DNA of 62,286 nt, counting the filler, from Basidiobolus ranarum (taxonomy: Eukaryota): assembly GCA_040143965.1 (NCBI GenBank). It is 31 parts of 31 records of this genome, joined end to end, with 100 filler letters (N's around TTAATTAATTAA, not from the genome) between each part and the next. Parts side by side here need not be neighbours in the genome. Positions count along the whole stretch, not along the records: positions 10,097 to 12,013 come from JASJQH010010966.1; positions 12,114 to 14,030 come from JASJQH010010967.1; positions 14,131 to 16,046 come from JASJQH010010968.1; positions 16,147 to 18,062 come from JASJQH010010969.1; positions 18,163 to 20,078 come from JASJQH010010970.1; positions 20,179 to 22,093 come from JASJQH010010971.1; 25 more parts are not named here. One strand, written 5' to 3'. A model generated the notes under the pieces. That model was not told the origin of the DNA, ran no database searches, and saw only the letters and a list, made by a program, of their open reading frames with translations. Position 1 is the stretch's first letter. The number at the start of each line of letters is the position of its first letter. The position numbers were made by a program, and so were the translations under genes. Positions 10,333 to 22,193 of the stretch are shown here, piece by piece.

Positions 10333-12013
10333 CCCTAACAGAATAAAATTAATTTGATCTGGATTGGATCCATCCTTCTGAATTGCAAAACAGAGAACCA
10401 TCTTGCAGGATTTAATTTCCTACAATTTTCTCAAAAATTTAATATTGAATGGCAAATTACTGGGTTTACTGCTGTAGGAATTCAAATAAATATGAATGCC
10501 TTTGTTTAAATATTTTAGGCTATGTATTTCAGCCATAATGAGAATCAAAAAATCAAAGAATCTTGTTGTGTTTAGTCTCAACATATGAACAAACTTGACT
10601 GGTTGGACATAACTCAACAATATCAATATGCTTGACTAGCAAACTAATGGTGGAAAAATTGCTAAACATCTGCAATTTTCAATAGCACTGACACTTGGCA
10701 AACAGCTGACTCTTGTTACCATTCACAATTAGAATAAGCTCTTGGATTTTGGCAAATTTCCAAAAAGAATTCAGCCAAAATATCCCCAACTTGCAGTCAA
10801 CAAATATCCTGCCACAAGTAGATGTGTCATTACTTAAATAGATTACCCCCTGGCTAAAACAATAATACTGCATATCTTAATCTATCTCACCAAAAAGTCT
10901 GTCTTGCAGCTTTCCTAAAAATACCAGCAGATTATTACACAAACAAATTAGTCCAAATTACAGGGGTACTTACTCTGCATAAATGGATTGGGCTTTGTTG
11001 CTGTTATTGTTCTTAAACAAAGCAAAATTCTGTGAGCACATTGAAAAGAGCCCATTGTGAAATATGTAGCAGTGAATGTATTGAATATGGGCATTGATGC
11101 AGTCCATCTCTTTAAGCCAGTAATACAGTTATTCATACCCAATTGCAAAATCCTTGCACAGTTGCTGTATCTGCCTGAAATCTGCCAATGAGAGCTGAGG
11201 CTGTGGGAATAAATTAACAATATCCACAAATAACTCCCAAAGTTGCTAATACACTCAGGCAAAAATCTTTTCACAAATCTACATGACTATATCATTTACT
11301 TACTATGTTAAAATCTTCAAGTTAGATTTGATTTTGATCAATTTTTTAAGTTTCAGGAGTGAAAATTCAAGTTCTCACAAAATCATTATGCACAATGGGC
11401 TACAACCTGAGAAAACTATGAATCAACACATGTATGAAAAATGTAACTCAAATTTTACATAATCACCACTCAAACTCTAACTTGTCACCTTTGAAATCCC
11501 TAGTCACTTTGATATATTATCCTGAATATTTTTATAGAGTTCTTCATACACAAGATTTAGCTCATACCCAACACAAGCTTGTATCAATATCTCCATCAAA
11601 GCCCACCATGGTACTAATGTTGCTGAATCAACATTCTTCCAGCTATCTGGTGGATACCCTGCAATATTGTGCCACTTTATATATAGTTCTTCCCAGATAT
11701 CTGAATGGGCCACACCAGACTGAATGTCAATTGATTTTCTCCCTCTGAAGCCACTTTCTGCATACTTGCACTGCAATCGTCTATTGTCCTTGTACTGTGA
11801 CACTATTGAGGGTGCTTTGCAGTGTTTGTGCAGCTTTTTGCTTGCCTTGAAGTCTGGGGCTAATTTCAACACTCTGAAAAGTACTAGTTGAGGTTGGAGA
11901 GCCATGAGTCTTATTTGCTGGTGTGTTGGCTTTTTGAGAGATGCCAGGTGTTGGATAAGCTTTGGAATTCAGCACTCTTCCAACTGGTGTACCTAGTTTC
12001 ATGGTGAAATTAA
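10333..12013 (-). mobile_element. CACTA mosaic: transposase-side TIR and transposase 3' part (to about 11280), then ORF2-side segment
   Basis: Starts CCCTAACAGAA. Minus-strand MQYYCFSQG and GSFQCAHR pieces match the transposase C-terminus. The segment 11290-12013 matches ORF2 (DIWEELY.KWHNIAGYPPDSWKNVDS). Confidence 0.82.
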
Positions 12014-12113
12014 NNNNNNNNNNNNNNNNNNNNNNNNNNNNNNNNNNNNNNNNNNNNTTAATTAATTAANNNNNNNNNNNNNNNNNNNNNNNNNNNNNNN
12101 NNNNNNNNNNNNN

Positions 12114-13159
12114 CTATTGATGAAACATCTCAAAAATATACGCAATTATTAACTTGGAAAAGAAAGAAAAGCAGCTAAAGAAGTACTGAAGGAGCAGGAA
12201 GTTGGTAAACCCAAGGGAAAAGCAAAGGAGCCAGTGAGTTTAGGCTCTACTGTCCCCCTTACCAAATTCTTCACACTATTACAAAGATCTGCATTTCCAG
12301 AGTCAGATATACTAGCAAAAAAGCTTTATATCACAATGGAACCAGGTACACCAGTTGGAAGAGTGCAGAATTTGGAAGTTTATCCAACACCTGGCACCTG
12401 TGAACAAGCCAAAACACCAAGAAAAAAAACTTATGGCCCTCCAACCTTAACTGGAACTTTGCAAAGTGTTGAAATTAGCCCCAAAGATAAAGGCAAGCAA
12501 AAAGCCACACCAACACCACAAAGCACCCTCAGTAGTGTCACAATACAAGGACATACAAAAATAGTCAAAGTGCTTGAGGAGTATTTCAATAGTATAAAGA
12601 GAAAAATGCAGTGCAAATATCCAGAAAGTGGCTTCAGAAGAATAATATTAAACTTGACATTCAGGCTGGTGTTGACCCTGCAGATATCTGGGAAGAACTT
12701 AATAAAGAGTGGCACAATACTGCAGGGTATCCACCAGATAGCTGGAAGAAAGTTGATTCAGCAACATTAATACAATGGTGGGCTTTGATGGAGATATTGT
12801 TACAAACTTGTGTTTGGTATGAGTTAAATCTTGGGTACAAAGAATTCTATAAAAATATTCAGGAGGATATATCAAAGAGAATAGGGATTTCAAAGGTGCT
12901 AAATTAGTGTTCAAGCGGTAATTGTGTAAAATTTGAGTTATATTTCTTGCACATGTGTTGATCCATAGTTCTCTGAGATTGTAGCCAATCATAGGCAACT
13001 ATTTTGCAAGATCTTGAAATTTCACTCCTGAAACTGAAAAAATTGATTAAAATCAAATCTAACTTGATGATTTTATGTTGGTAAGTAAACAGTCAATCCC
13101 AAATGGATTAAAATTGTGATGGTTTTCCTACATTGATGATTCTCAAATTTCTGTTAGGG
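12114..13159 (+). mobile_element. CACTA ORF2 (best-preserved copy, stop at 12907) and terminal inverted repeat
   Basis: Overlapping ORFs 12234-12770 and 12611-12907 are one frameshifted gene. The element ends TTTCTGTTAGGG at 13159. Confidence 0.82.
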
Positions 13160-13625
13160 CTTCTGTTGAGCAAAAGAGAAGTGTTTTAATATTTCAAGAG
13201 AATTCAGCAGCAATTTACTATTCCACATAGTGCAGAACACAATGGAGTTGCAGAAAGGATGAATAGGACTTTAGTAGAGAAAGCACATACAATGCTGATT
13301 GATTCAGAGCTGCCTAAGACATATTGGGTTGAAGCTTTTTAACAGCTACATGTCTCCAAAACAGAAGTCCAACCCATAGCAACCATGACTCTATAGCTCC
13401 TATTGAAATCTGGACTGGAAACAAGCCTAATCTGAATCACCTCAGAATATGTCTATAAATAGTATATGCTCATATTCCTAAACTGCAGCAGAGGAAATTG
13501 GACAAAAAGGCAATTAAATGTATCCTATTAGGATTTCAGAACAATGGCTATTGTCCCCTAATTGCTGGCACAAATTCAAACATCAACTCTAGAGATACTA
13601 TATTCATTGAAGAAAGACTCAAATT
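13160..13625 (+). mobile_element. Ty1/copia integrase fragment
   Basis: HNGVAERMNRTLVEKAHTML, ELPKTYWVEAF, KPNLNHLRI, RKLDKKAIKCILLGF. Confidence 0.9.
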
Positions 13626-14030
13626 TTCATGATTCTGAACTTGGCATACTGATCCACTGCAAATAGAACTCTTCTAATATTAGATGATGATAGCATTTCT
13701 GCTATGCCATCCCTTCTTGGCATTCTCATGTTAGTTCATCCAGATTACCTTATATGAAAGTCATGTTCTTTCCAACATTCCATTAAAGCTAACCAATCAT
13801 GTCAACCCACACATAGTGTATTTCTGCCAAAACCTTCCATGGAAGGTCACCTGATCATTCTTACATAATCCTTGCTTCATCCCTCTTTTTATTGGTCCTC
13901 ATAGTCCCCAACACCCCAACAATTGAACTAGCCACATTATATTCCCTATTCAGTATATTATGTTTCACCCTGCAATATCTATATAAGCCCCATATATTCC
14001 TTGATCGGACCTCAGTCTGATTAATGCCAG
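13626..14030 (+). repeat. Ty3/gypsy (chromovirus) LTR, 5' part
   Basis: Collinear with 45586-46080, where it follows a chromodomain and a purine tract, and with 56372-56833. Confidence 0.8.
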
Positions 14031-14131
14031 NNNNNNNNNNNNNNNNNNNNNNNNNNNNNNNNNNNNNNNNNNNNTTAATTAATTAANNNNNNNNNNNNNN
14101 NNNNNNNNNNNNNNNNNNNNNNNNNNNNNNA

Positions 14132-14212
14132 GATGTTACTAAGTGGGGGAGCAATGGTGTACTTGACGCTGATAAGAGATCCAAAGAACTTGCTAAAGAA
14201 CTTGGCAATTAA
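14132..14212 (+). CDS. Possible C-terminal end of a host gene (weak resemblance to the tautomerase family)
   Basis: Open frame DVTKWGSNGVLDADKRSKELAKELGN* from the contig edge, with host-like codons and an AT-rich 3' region containing AATAAA. Confidence 0.35.
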   Translation, partial: DVTKWGSNGVLDADKRSKELAKELGN

Positions 14213-16146
14213 GTAGATTGTATAATATAGAACAAATTGTCACTCACTTTCCTAACGCATGACCTATATCCCCTACTTCGATAGATTACCTGAATTATGT
14301 ACAATAAAGTTATAACGATATCAAACTAGAACCAATTTAGTGAAGAAAATGCCATCAATGTGTTCATTCCATAAAGAAACGAGAAAGGAAGGTTGATTTT
14401 TACATTTTTACGAAAAAGATCCTTTTCTTTGGCTAACAACAAAATCATCGTATTTATTTTATCGCATTTGGAGCAAGTTGATTTATACAATTTGAGGCTC
14501 GAGATCTACGTAAAAGAACTAAAACTTGTTTCTAAAGTTTATTACGTAGATCTAAGAGGTTCCAGGGTGGCTATATCTAGGAGGTTCCTGGGTATTTCAG
14601 TGAATATGAGAGTGCCCAGCTCAGCCTTTATGTTAATAATTAACGAACTGTTGATATTTGAAACACCAAGTTAAAAATAGAGATGAATTAGCAGCATGAG
14701 GATCAGCAGGTCATATTAGAGCTAGCTACCCTTGGGTGAAGGTGCACCAAATCACAAATGAGTGAACTACTCTAAAACTACGGAATTGTTTTCAAAAATT
14801 TGTCTCCTCTCATAAAGTTCTATACAAAGGAATGTCAAGGTGACGTTTAAGCATGATTTATGTCTCTACTGGAATCTCTGTTGCTATTAAGCAATGATGA
14901 TGAGCATTTAGCCACTGACAATGGATATTTATCTTAACGTGTGGATAGTAGGGATAGAGATATTGTGAATAGAGGGGAGAAATGTAGCCTTATTAATCTG
15001 AGAAAATCATCCAATATTTTTTCCAACTTAGAAGTTCTCAGATTGTAAGTAAATTCCTCATGAAAATGTTGAAAAATAATAGTGAAATTTAGGTAGCTAA
15101 CTATATGACTATATAGATGCTTAAACTATGCCATTTTCAACATTTTCCTGACTTGCTGAAAACTCTTGCAATCCCTACAACTATTATTTATACTATTATA
15201 TATATTTACACAGCAACTTTATTTCAACACGGCAAATAACATAACTGGAAGTCATATATTTCTCCTCATCATCCAAGCACTATGCGCAAATTCAATCATA
15301 TTACTCCAAGTAATGAACTCTGATACAAAAGCTTGAAAATCAGATCTGATTGAAAGCACATTATTGCTTTAAGTCGCCTTTAGGTTATCAGGAATTAAAT
15401 AAGAAAGTGAGTAAGCTAGTCGTATTATTAAAGTGAGAAGTTGAAAGCTATTCTAGCGTTAATATTAAATACCAAGTTAAAAGCTGTTCTAGTAGTAGTA
15501 TTAAATACAAAACTCATCCTTTAGGGTTGGGGCTAGAGTAAGTTAATTATATATTCCATAGATTCTCATCGGTATAAAGAAGATCATATGAAACGGGAAT
15601 TCCGTCAATTAAGTTTTATGTTAGTTCATGTACTACCAATATGCATGTGATTAGTCTAAACAGTTGACTGACCCATAGGTGGTGAAACTGGTGTGACTAT
15701 TTACTGGTTATCACTTAGCTTTGACATTGAGTGGGATTACGGAAAGTGCGTTTACAGAAACATTGTGGAGTTGGTTATGTTAAACTCAGATACGCTTAAC
15801 CGGTTCATCTCAAACCAAGATTATCTTTGACACCAAACAACATTTCCATCTAAGTCGACCTAAACAGTAGTTATTTCTTAATCTAAATCGACCTAAACAG
15901 AAGTTAAACCAGTGAGAAAGTCACACCGCAATTAATCCAGGTTTATAAATTTTAGGTTAATGAGGAGAAACTCGGATGACCTCGTGAACAAGCATAAGAA
16001 TTGACCCATTCGAATAAATAGACCGAGTCGGCATACCTAAATAATCNNNNNNNNNNNNNNNNNNNNNNNNNNNNNNNNNNNNNNNNNNNNTTAATTAATT
16101 AANNNNNNNNNNNNNNNNNNNNNNNNNNNNNNNNNNNNNNNNNNNN

Positions 16147-16641
16147 TCATATCACAATGAGCCCTACTTTTGAAACCCTCAACAGATGGTGGAAGGAATT
16201 ACGAGACCCCGCAGATAATAATATTGTGATAATGTTGGTGGGAAATAAAAGTGATCTGCGCCATCTACGTGCGGTGCCCACTGAAGAGGCAACCCAATTT
16301 GCTAGTAAGTGTTGTTTATTTACTCTCTTCTATCAAAATATTCTTGCTAATAGATTTCTAGCCGACAACCAGCTTTCTTTCATTGAAACTTCAGCACTTG
16401 ACTCGAGCAACGTTGAGCTTGCTTTCCAGAAGATTCTCACTGGTAAGTGTGCAAATACAAGGTATATTTGATATCCGAAAGATACTAATTGAATATGGGG
16501 GTGGGGGCTACCATAGAAATCTATCACATTGTGGGTAGCAAAGCTTTAGCAAACGAGAATGAGGGGCCTAAGCCCAGCGGGAATACTGTAAATCTTGGCG
16601 CACCCTCTAATGAAAGTAGCTCTAAGAGTGGTTGCTGTTAA
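16147..16641 (+). CDS. RAB11: Rab11/Ypt31-family GTPase, 3' part (exons 16147-16304, 16362-16442, 16517-16641)
   Basis: [40 protein letters not shown] and a C-terminal prenylation motif SGCC*. Two GT-AG introns at 16305-16361 and 16443-16516. Confidence 0.95.
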
Positions 16642-17113
16642 ATACTCAATTAGGGACTTCTAACTGTTCTTGTAGTTACATTTATTGTTTCCTTTTACCA
16701 TGCCTTCTTCTGGCATGACCAACTGTATGTATGTATGATCTTGGTACAGTATTAGTTTTTTTAATAAAAATTATGATTCCTTATTTCGTGGATGCTAGTC
16801 ACACTGGTCTTCACACTAGCCAGGAACAATCAAGCATCAGAGCTTTACGTCATTGAAGTACGAGTGATCTGTCCCCAATCATCCGGAACACCACCAACTC
16901 TCAAGGGGTATTCATCGTGGCAAAGAGAATTCACAGAATTTCCAGCTTCGTATTAATAATTCTTTGATATATGTGTAACCCAAGGGTCACTTCCATTTTA
17001 GTGGAAATATTTATTTGACAGTGAATCAATTTTTAGTAAAAGTATGATGGTGGTCAATGATTTCTAGATTAAGATTGAAATTAAAGAAGTATTAACAAAT
17101 GTTTCTCCTAACC

Positions 17114-18062
17114 CTAATTTTTACGCTCGTAAAAACGTCTAAATTTCTCATCTACATGGGTCAAGTAATAGGTTCCGGGGAACATATCTGAAGTATCTCC
17201 AATTGGGTGGTAATTCTTCAGTTGATGAGTCTCCTCACGTAAGAGCATAGCCTTGTCAAACTCGGCTGCAGAAGCGGCAACGCGGGACTCAAGACGTCCT
17301 TTTATATCTAATACCTTGGCAAATTGTTCGGTCGAACCAACCACTCTAACTGAGAACAAAGTGGAGGATGATCCGGAACCATAGGAGAATAATCCGATAC
17401 GCTTGCCATTTAGAGTTTCCGAAGGCACCTCGCAAATCAGTGATATGAGACAGCTATATAAAGAGGCACAGTAGGTATTACCAATGTTTTTGGCAGCAGC
17501 AAGGGAAGGGGCTACCTTCTCGTTGAACAATGACTTGGTCATACCAACGAATGCTTTCTCTAAATCCCGATTTGCCAAATTCTCTTCAGGAACGAGACCG
17601 CTGAACTCTTGAGCGTTGGCGTATCTGGGATCCTCCGGGTTAGCGAGGAAATCATGGAAACCAAGTCGTGCAAATGATTTGACAACAAGCTTAGTGTAGG
17701 GAGAGTGGAAGAGCATGTAATCGAAATTATCCAAGGAAGGCTTTTCGATATTCTCCTTTTTAGCCAATCTAGCAATGTAGCGTTGGTAACAGTTATCTAA
17801 GGCACGAGCATAGCAGACAACTGAAAGCTGCCCATCAACCATAGGATATTCCGATGCCAAATCTGGCTTATAGAAATCGTACACGTGCTCAACAAAAGTA
17901 CTGCGTAGGCCTCTTTCAATGACAATAGGTGCATCTGGGCCAACTAAGATTGCCACAGCAGCAGCACCACCAGTGGGTCTAGCTGGTCCGTTAGCATAGA
18001 TGGCAATATCGGCAGCGACGACCAAAGCATAGCGACCGTCCCAAGCGGACGACTCCACCCAG
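17114..18062 (-). CDS. ERG13: Hydroxymethylglutaryl-CoA synthase, 3' part
   Basis: ESSAWDGRYALVVAADIAIY, ARPTGGA, HVYDFYKPDLASEYP, FHSPYTKLV, FSYGSG, GTYYLTHVDEKFRRFY. Confidence 0.97.
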
Positions 18063-18162
18063 NNNNNNNNNNNNNNNNNNNNNNNNNNNNNNNNNNNNNN
18101 NNNNNNTTAATTAATTAANNNNNNNNNNNNNNNNNNNNNNNNNNNNNNNNNNNNNNNNNNNN

Positions 18163-19087
18163 CACCCACTAGTTAGCCATCGACTTTTGGCTCCACAGTG
18201 CCCCCGACCTCCAATACATCCGCTTTTGGCTCTAGTACTGCTACACCTGCCTTTGGCTCAACTACATCATTCGGATCTGCTACATCGACTTTTGGCTCTA
18301 CCCTCACCTCTTCATCTAGTACTCCAGCTTTCGGGTCGACTACTTTTGGCTCTACAGCTCCTGCATTTAGTTCTGTCACATCTAGTGCACCAGCCTTCGG
18401 CTCATCTACTCCTCTTGGATCTAATGTGTCTGCTTTTGGGACTAGCAGTTCTTTCGGATCTAGTACACCTACCTTCGGCTCTAATACTTCCTTTGGGACA
18501 GCAGCACCTGCATTTGGCTCTACCACTACTATAGGTTCGTCTAATTTTGGTACAAACAACACATTTGGATCCACCTCCACTATGGGTGGGCCAGCCTCAT
18601 TTGAGAATGCTTCCAAGCCTGCCTTCGGGTCCACTAGTTCATTAGGAACTAGTAATGCCCCAACATTCGGTTCTTCGACGGCCTTTGGCACATCTGGCTT
18701 TGGAGGCAATTCCGCCACTCCTTTTGGCCAGACCAATATTAGCCCCTCCAAGCCATTCGGACAAGGATTTGTCCAAGCTAATAACAACTTTGGATCTTTA
18801 GCCAATCAAGGTAGTATATTTGATAAAGAGGCTAATAACCAATCAGGAGAAAATGTATTCGGTGGCTCTACTACTAAGTAATATCAAATTTATTCACTTT
18901 AATTGATAAGAATGTTGTTGACAGTAAATTATTTTGTAGTTCATTTGGTGGAACCAACTCGAATTCATTTGGCCAGAGCAGCAGGTAAGAAATAATAATG
19001 TCTTGTGATATTTTCTTGTAGATAATTAATCCACTACTTTTTCGGCCTTTCACTAGTTCCAACAGGACATTCACCGATTATCGTTAA
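18163..19087 (+). CDS. FG-repeat nucleoporin, C-terminal part, Nup214/Nup159-like (exons to 18877, 18940-18984, 19057-19087)
   Basis: Dense PAFG/SFG/TFG repeats. Splicing two GT-AG introns (18878-18939, 18985-19056) gives the terminus SFGGTNSNSFGQSSSSNRTFTDYR*. Confidence 0.85.
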
Positions 19088-19938
19088 ATATGGTACTACG
19101 AGTTCACGCAGCCTATGATTTATATTATTTCTCTAAAGAGCATACTTTTCCCTATCTTTACCTTGTAACAAACAATAATAAAAAAGCTCTATATATTAGA
19201 TTGCACAGGAACTTTGAAGATCTCTCTTAATATTTAATATTTAGGCATCGCTGAAGCCATTTGTTTACTTCAATACTCTTTTTTGCACACAACAAGCAGC
19301 TATTAAATGTTAATATTCCAATTGCTGAATCAATTGCGCTCAGTGGTGGTGGCTTTTTGCTTTCAAAATTAGACAGAATAGTTAGTGATCTAAAATGTGT
19401 TTGTCACACAAGAAAACTAAATATCAACGAGGCAAACAGTCAAGGATGTGACCTCTGCAGTCAAAATATACACAAAACCCAGACTGCGTAACTACGGGCT
19501 AATTACGATCCTCACGGCAGTGATATTATCCAACATGGCTATAGAGATAAGCTAAAGTAGATTTCTTGGAGGATTCATTTCTGCCATACATTACGACCTT
19601 ACTTACGGTCCCATGAAATCTTAGAAGATTTGGTTAATATTTCATACACAGTAATCGATCTGCTGTAGATAAATTTTAATATCTTCAACAAACACCCGAT
19701 CCCGGTGATGCCAAAAGTATACGGATTTGTTAATCACACTGTTCTTGTGTATCCTTAGGAGTGTGGTACATATACAAACACTTCACCTTAACCTAAAATT
19801 CATTCTTCGGAGCCAAATTAAGGTCTCATTTGATGTATGAGAGCGATGGCATGATTTTGGATCTGGCACAGCGACAGTAAAAGTATAAATAGTACACGCT
19901 GTAGCAACTAAAGGATGAACAACTAAGCATCTATTACA

Positions 19939-20078
19939 ATGGTCAAACTTACCACTGCGATTTTTCTAGGAGCAATTGCCATGGTCACCTTGATGGAGCC
20001 GATGGTTGAGACAGCCCCAATGTCTAATAGCGCCAGTATTCCCCAACTTGAGGACTTTCGAGGTGTTGAGAAGTTTTC
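19939..20078 (+). CDS. N-terminus of a secreted hypothetical protein
   Basis: MVKLTTAIFLGAIAMVTL signal-like start, with TATAAATA about 55 nt upstream. Open to the contig edge. Confidence 0.65.
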
Positions 20079-20178
20079 NNNNNNNNNNNNNNNNNNNNNN
20101 NNNNNNNNNNNNNNNNNNNNNNTTAATTAATTAANNNNNNNNNNNNNNNNNNNNNNNNNNNNNNNNNNNNNNNNNNNN

Positions 20179-21595
20179 TCCGCAACTCCCTTTTGTTCTG
20201 CACTATATGGAATAGTAAATTGCTGCTGAATTCTCTTTACTTGACAAAAGCAGTCATGGCTTCATTGCCAAATTCAGTTCCATTATCACTGCGTAGGTAT
20301 TTGATCTTTCTTCCTGTTATGGTTGTGACCATTGCTTCATATACCTTGAAATATTGAAACACTTCTCCTTTGCTCAACAGAAGATATGTAAATGTGAAGT
20401 GAGATTTATCATCAACAAAGTTGAGTAAATACTATCACTTTCTTGGTGTCAGAGTTTGCATTGAGCCATAAAAGTCTGTATGAATAAGATGCAATAAATC
20501 TTTGACTTTGCCAGCTTCTTCTTTTGGAAATGGTTTTCTGCTGATTTTCCCTTGAATAGAGCTTTCACACTTAGTAATATCTGAGGCTTAAGATCCATTC
20601 CAGTGAATAGGCTATTTTTATATAATAGTTTCACACTATTATAGTTTAGATGACCCAAGTGCTGATGCCAAGTCATCAAGTTTCCGGAAGTAATTGTTGC
20701 AAAGTTAGAAACAGTCTCAGTTGTTGGTGCAATATCCAGGTGATATAGATTCCCAATTCTTGTTGCAGTTGCTACTATCAAGTCCTTTGATTTGTATATG
20801 GTTGCTTTTCCTTGGCCAAATTTGACATCATAATGTTTCTTTTCAATTGCACCAATTGATAACAGATCTGTTGTAAAAGATGGAATATATAAGACATATT
20901 CCAAGGTTACCATTACACTTTTGGTTTTACTTATTTGTAAGTCAAGTGTGACCTTTCCCATTCCATATGTAACCAGTTTGTTTCTTCCAGCCATCATGAT
21001 GTCCTGAGGTTCTATTTCCTTATAGTCATGCATTATGTTTCTATTGTGACACATACAATCACTTGCACCAGAATCTAGAAGCCATACATCAGCAGAGTTG
21101 TTTCCTGATTTAGATGTTGCCATAAGTACATAGTTTTCATTTCCTCTTTTAGTTTTGTTATATTCTTCCTTTTTCTTTGAAACCCATTTTTTCTTTGATC
21201 TGCAGTAACATGCTACATGTCCCAGTTTTCTGTATTTGTAATATTTTACAATGCTCCTTTCTGGTTGGCTATTTTGATATTAAAATGCTTGTATAGTTTT
21301 CATTTCATCTGCAAGCCAACTTTTGTCTTTCCTTTTAAATTCTGCTTGACATAGATGAGTGATCAAATAATCCTGAGTAAGCTTATCCCCAATTGCTTTC
21401 AAAGTGACTGCAAGGGCTGAATATGATTTAGGGAGGCCATTGATTATGGTAAGAATTATATCCATTTCAAGTACTTCATAATTCACTGATTCCAGTTGTT
21501 GGGCAGGTGTCTTGACACCATTTACAAATGTCATAGTATCTGAATCCTTAGACATACAAGAGCTTAAGGATTTTCTTTGTAGCATCATCAAATGA
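20179..21595 (-). mobile_element. Degenerate Ty1/copia gag-protease-integrase
   Basis: gag IINGLPKSYS, knuckle GHVACYCR, protease WLLDSGASDCMC, pre-integrase WHQHLGHLN, integrase FVDDKSHFT and YLRSDNGTEF. Confidence 0.92.
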
Positions 21596-21599
21596 GCTG

Positions 21600-21995
21600 C
21601 CCTGTCTATGACTACCTACAAGGATTCTTGGATGCGGTATATTGATTTGGGAACCTCCCAACATTTCACAAATGAAAAACATTGATTTGTGAATTATGAA
21701 CAAAATCCCAATTAGTAAGGTTTTAATGTGAGATGACTGCACATTGGATGCTATTGGAATGGGAAGAGTTCAAAGCAATTTAACTGGAGCTTCTGAAGAG
21801 AAAGTGTTTACTTTTAAGGATGTGCTACATGTTCCAGATATTGCTAAGAATTTAATATCTGTATGCAAGGCTACCTCAGAAGGGCTAAAATTCAATTTGG
21901 ATAAGTTAGGATGCACCCTCATTGATCAAAATGGGTATTATTCAGCTATGGGAGAAAAGAATCAAAACTTATATAAACTTACATATTAGACTTGT
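21600..21995 (+). mobile_element. Ty1/copia protease-region fragment, opposite orientation
   Basis: YIDLGTSQH and FKDVLHVPDIAKNLISV; paralogous to 3040-3425. Confidence 0.85.
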
Positions 21996-22193
21996 TCCAT
22001 TTTATTGAGCCAGATCAGGCCAGCTAAAAAGTGTGCCAGCACAAATTGGCATGATTGGGCACTATCCGGCACGATGTTATTTACCATTTTGGANNNNNNN
22101 NNNNNNNNNNNNNNNNNNNNNNNNNNNNNNNNNNNNNTTAATTAATTAANNNNNNNNNNNNNNNNNNNNNNNNNNNNNNNNNNNNNNNNNNNN

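Noticed and set aside
14393..16046. Possible ncRNA or ORF in this CpG-containing contig
   Set aside because: I could not identify a tRNA cloverleaf, rRNA, snRNA or snoRNA signature by eye; an Infernal/Rfam scan would be needed.
18173..18805. 210-aa minus-strand ORF with EPK/DPK repeats
   Set aside because: It is the antisense shadow of the FG-repeat nucleoporin.
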